Below are positions 60,244-64,000 of a stretch of DNA of 64,000 nucleotides, one piece after another; the stretch's first letter is position 1, and each line of letters opens with the position of its first letter. The notes under the pieces are model-generated. The model had not been told where the DNA came from and ran no database searches. It worked only from the letters and a program-made list of their open reading frames with translations. The position numbers were made by a program, and so were the translations under genes. This DNA is from Marsupella aquatica (Eukaryota > Plantae > Marchantiophyta). Where the stretch lies: positions 18,324,457 to 18,388,456 of the forward strand of contig OZ316897.1 of the NCBI GenBank assembly GCA_973895155.1, given 5' to 3'.

Positions 60244-60661
60244 TAAGTGCCAAGAAAAAGCAACTGAGATGGTATGTACGTAGTGGAGGTGTAAACCTCT
60301 GTATATAAAAGGCGTAAGAGAAACAATCGTACTGAAATTGAATCAAAAACCGGCAAGATGCCAAGATTGGCCGGGAGCATCTAACAAATCACTGTGTGAA
60401 TCCCGTGTACGGAACTGACGAGCACTGTCTGAGCTCTGTCAACAGCGATTCAAGAAGAACTGAAAAATGGCAAAGAAAAACATACCCTAAGTAGGATTGG
60501 GTCCAGACGTCACACTAACAAACACCTTTGCTTCAAGAACGGCCCAGACTCGCTACAAGAGCATGACACTAACTCAAGTAGTACACTAGCCCTAACTATA
60601 CCTAGCGGGCATGCGAGGGACATGCCGATGTGCACAAGAGGCACCGTCCCTCAGCATGACA
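60240..60661 (-). repeat. Second LTR (422 bp remaining; 111 bp missing on the internal side)
   Basis: Gap-free match to 55001-55422. Confidence 0.9.
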
Positions 60662-60687
60662 CACCAGAAAATCTAAACTAGCTCGCC

Positions 60688-60910
60688 TTAACATCTTTGC
60701 CCTGCCTTGACATGGTCGTGATGACACATAACATACCTCAACAACTACCTGGTGAAGCCTATATTTTCTTGCCTCGTCTCAACATTTGCCTCACCCCAAC
60801 ATCTTTGCCTCACCCCAACATGGCTTTGTGCCTTAACATCTTTTCTTGCCTCAACATCCTTTTTGTACCTCAACATCTTTTTTAGTATCTTTTCTCCCCT
60901 AACATCTTTT
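60688..60910. repeat. Degenerate minisatellite of about 20 bp (AACATCTTTGCCTCACCCC-like), also at 54860-54889 and 62335-62430
   Basis: Repeated AACATCTTT/AACATTT motifs. The Gypsy element is inserted into this tract. Confidence 0.6.
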
Positions 60911-61599
60911 CTAGCGTTTTAGTTTCAATAAACCTATCCGTAAACTCCACTAACTAGGGATGACCCATGCAACTTAGGGCTCCAATGACCCACGGGAAAA
61001 AAGATCGACTTCAAAAGTTTCTCGATTCATCAAAGCTGCACGAAAATTGTGTGAAAGTTTCCTGGGACCAAAATCGATACTTTCAAAGTTTTGATAGTTT
61101 TTCGTCATCGTGACCAGGGTTAACTAACCACCGTTACACAGTTTTGCATAGTTCTCCTGTGCCCCTGCCCGCTCGTTCTTTGCTGGTTCTTTGCGTCCTG
61201 TGCTCTTCTCTTCAGCGATGGAGTTGCGTTGATCAGGTTTGAAGTGCTTTCCTTCTATGTCCTTCTGTTTGGCAGGCATAGCAGTAGTCTGTATGAAGAC
61301 ATAGACTTGAAACAAATACAAAAGCAGGTTGAATCGTTTTAAGATGAGTGAGAAGAGACGAGGAATGCTCTAAACCAAACTAATCTAGTCTATTGTAATC
61401 CTGATTGTAATCTGCGGACACATGTCCAACCCCTACTTAATTCTTTCCTTCCCTTGAGCAACCGAGAATGACAGACAACCTTCTTCCTTCCATCTGGTGT
61501 GACTTCGACCTTTCTTCCCTGCCTGCCTGAAATATCTTTTCGAAGACCAACAGAAGCCTTATTAATCTGAAATGACGCTCATCTCTTAGAGGAAACACA

Positions 61600-61745
61600 A
61601 CTGGCGATCAACCATTGATCACTAAAGTGACTCGAACAACAGTGATCCAGTCCGAAAGTGGCACCTGATGAATCCACAGCTTCAACAAATCATCAAAGAA
61701 TTCATCAAGAGAATTCGTCAACAATCCTGTCTCCACATGATTCTC
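61600..61745 (-). pseudogene. Possible F-box motif remnant
   Basis: LDEFFDDLLKLWIHQVPLSDWITVVRV resembles the F-box consensus L-P-D-D-L-L-x2-I-x2-R-L-P. A stop follows. Confidence 0.25.
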
Positions 61746-62823
61746 AAATTCTCTGACGGGAGCACGAGGTCTCGATGTCAACCGACGACGCGCAGATCTC
61801 AAGTCTCGGCCCCATTCTCAAATTCTCTGACTGGAGCACGGGGTCATGACGATTGTCAACCGAGGGCGCATTTTTGTATCCCATTGATGGGGAGCAAAAA
61901 TCTAGGCTCGCCCCTTATCATTCTCTGGTATCGAATCTCTGCTGCTGCTGCTGTATGTACGCAACTAATTATGCAGCATCGAGCATTCTCCACATTTTGT
62001 TCACAAATTCACTGCCATCACGAGCCATAAGCAAATTCAAGATCAGAGGTGCGCATTGTGCTCCCTCATGTCTGGATTGCCAAACTCGTGGAATTATTCT
62101 AGAACTTGAGATGCTGTGCACAGCATTTGGACAAGTGTCTTCTAATGTTGATTACATGGTTACCATACATGGTGTAACATAAGTATGGTGTAGACTTGGT
62201 CAAAAGGTTCAAACTCGTATGCAAAGGCATTACGCTTTTAAGGCTAGTGCACATTCAGAAGTTTTTTGAAGGTTTTGGTTCAAAGTTGCACCAAATAACT
62301 CTTGAAAGTAAACTTCAATATAAGGATAGGTACAATATCTTTGCCTTGTCTTGATATCTTTCTTTCTTCAACATCTTTTCCTCATCTCAACATCCTTTTT
62401 CTCCCTTGACATGGTTTCCTGACCTCAATATCTACTCTGCAAAGTACTGGCATCACTCCAAACCTGGACAGAGTATCCCAGAGACTAAAACCTCAATAAA
62501 GGGGGGAAGACCCAAAGACTAAAATCTCAATAAAATAAAGGGTGGAAAAGAGAGAACCCCAACTAGGAGACCAAAGGGGCCCCACATCCAAACCTTTGTT
62601 CCCTTCAAGATTTACAGTAATGGGTGCTCTTGACATCAGTAATGAGTATGTTCGTGTAAACAATAACATCATGATGGAAGAATGAAACGGGCGCGCTGTG
62701 GGCAAATTCAAACTCCAGCAAAGGAGAAGACGACGACGAAGAAGAAAAGTGCTCTCCTCTCTGTTTTGCTCCCACTGCCCCAGCGAGCTTCCAGTGCACA
62801 ACGTGAAGCGATGACACGATTGT

Positions 62824-63140
62824 GAGCTTGGAATCGATCGGAGCTTGCTCAAGGAGTGGACGCACGAGTTTTGCAGGTTTCATTCGCATCGAGAGCTCCT
62901 TGTCCCAGGTTGCGTACTTCTGGCGAAATCGACAGCTGATGTGGAACCTAATATGTGGAGGCCGTTGCTTCGTGAGCACGATTGGGAACTTGGAATCGAT
63001 CGGAGCTTGCTGAAGGATTGGACGCACGAGTTGCAGGTTTCACTCGCGTCGAGAGCTCCTGTTTCCCAGGGTTGCGTAGTTTTAGCGAAATTCGAGAGCT
63101 GATGCGGAACCTTATGGAGGCCCTTCCTTCGTGAGCAAGA
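62824..63140. repeat. Tandem duplication of about 162 bp, GC-rich
   Basis: CTTGGAATCGATCGGAGCTTGCT...GGACGCACGAGTT...GCTGATG(T/C)GGAACCT occurs twice. Confidence 0.85.
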
Positions 63141-64000
63141 GCTCCGAGCTTCAGAAATGGAAGTGGAGATTAATTCGTCCTTTCGAAGAGAAACATGTCT
63201 GCCGTCGCGACGAGTCATTGGATTGGGCAGGAAGGACTGCCTTAGTTGATGGCTCTACTGAGTTCCGTGTTGGTTTCTCGGGGGTTTTAATCTGGTGTCC
63301 CTTGTGATAGTTACTGCGGGACAGAAACATGGCTCCCTGACTTCCCCTCGTTGCAGGACATTTCAAGTTCTAGAAGAGCTTGCTGCGGATAGTGTCATGT
63401 TTTGTGGATGCATTGTTTGGGGGGAGGACGACGATCAGAAACCTTCAATGAGTTCTGGATGGTGTTGAACACAGGATGACCACATTAGGGGGCAATTGGA
63501 TGCTATTGAGGTTTCCCAGCGGTGACTACGGCTCTCAGTTCCCATCTCGACTGTACTTCATTTTGAAAATGTACTTGACTTGGGGGAACTCCATGACTAC
63601 TAAAGGACATGAGACATTGTGCGTGAGGCATGGTTCCATAGTGACGAGCACTTTTCGAGATGACCGACAGATTGTTGTAGCTGAAGCTTGAATAAGATCT
63701 AATTTTCTGTTGCTTTTACGTTACGCATTGTAGTGTAGGAGGACGTAGTTCAAAAAACGGTGAATTGCTGCGAGAATCAGGAGCTCTGGATGATGCTAAG
63801 GGGAATTTTTGAATTGCTGCTGTATCGGATGAATGAAGGTGAAGCCTCGGATGGCAGAATCCTCGTGAGGTGTATGACCTCCCACGCTCTTGCTTCAGTT
63901 CCGGAAATGCGTTTGTTGAGGGGCAGCAGTTTTAGACAAGGCATAGCGGAATATTTGGACGGCTAGTGGTCTTCTCGCGGTCGTCCTCTGATTCACCGGT

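Larger units (their letters stand above)
54890..60661 (-). mobile_element. Ty3/gypsy LTR retrotransposon with PHD-finger integrase, methyltransferase-like remnant and split 3' LTR
   Basis: Termini TGTCGTG...CATGACA; CACC on both flanks (54886-54889 and 60662-60665). RT-RNaseH-INT domain order. Confidence 0.92.

Noticed and set aside
54890-60661. DIRS/Ngaro classification because of the split repeats
   Set aside because: It encodes a DDE integrase with TG...CA ends and a TSD, and no tyrosine recombinase motifs were seen.

Overview
Eukaryotic nuclear DNA from a land plant. GT-AG introns, a plant tRNA-Pro and the gene set suggest a non-seed plant such as a liverwort, moss or lycophyte (inference). 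Four apparently intact genes: a 3-exon TORNADO1-like LRR-Roc-COR (ROCO) gene (263-4244), a 2-exon NILR1/At1g74360-like island-domain LRR-RLK (23108-27361), an A20/AN1 stress-associated protein (40211-40669) and a 7-exon RTN4IP1-like oxidoreductase (42635-45977, minus). There is also a tRNA-Pro(AGG). Pseudogenes include an intronless UPF1/IGHMBP2-like helicase, a second ROCO copy lacking Roc-COR, and a partial duplicate of the RTN4IP1-like 3' end. About half of the window is TE-derived or repetitive. The most unusual object is a Ty3/gypsy element (54890-60661, minus). Its pol frame begins with what looks like the C-terminal motifs IX/X of a cytosine-5 DNA methyltransferase and ends with a PHD finger on the integrase. 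Its 3' end has a split-LTR layout with an internal CA-GC-TG end-to-end junction, and it has a 4-bp TSD. A second, Athila-like complex (about 30200-36600) has one LTR flanked by both a PPT and a tRNA-Asp PBS. All alignments and counts were done by eye; no database searches were run.
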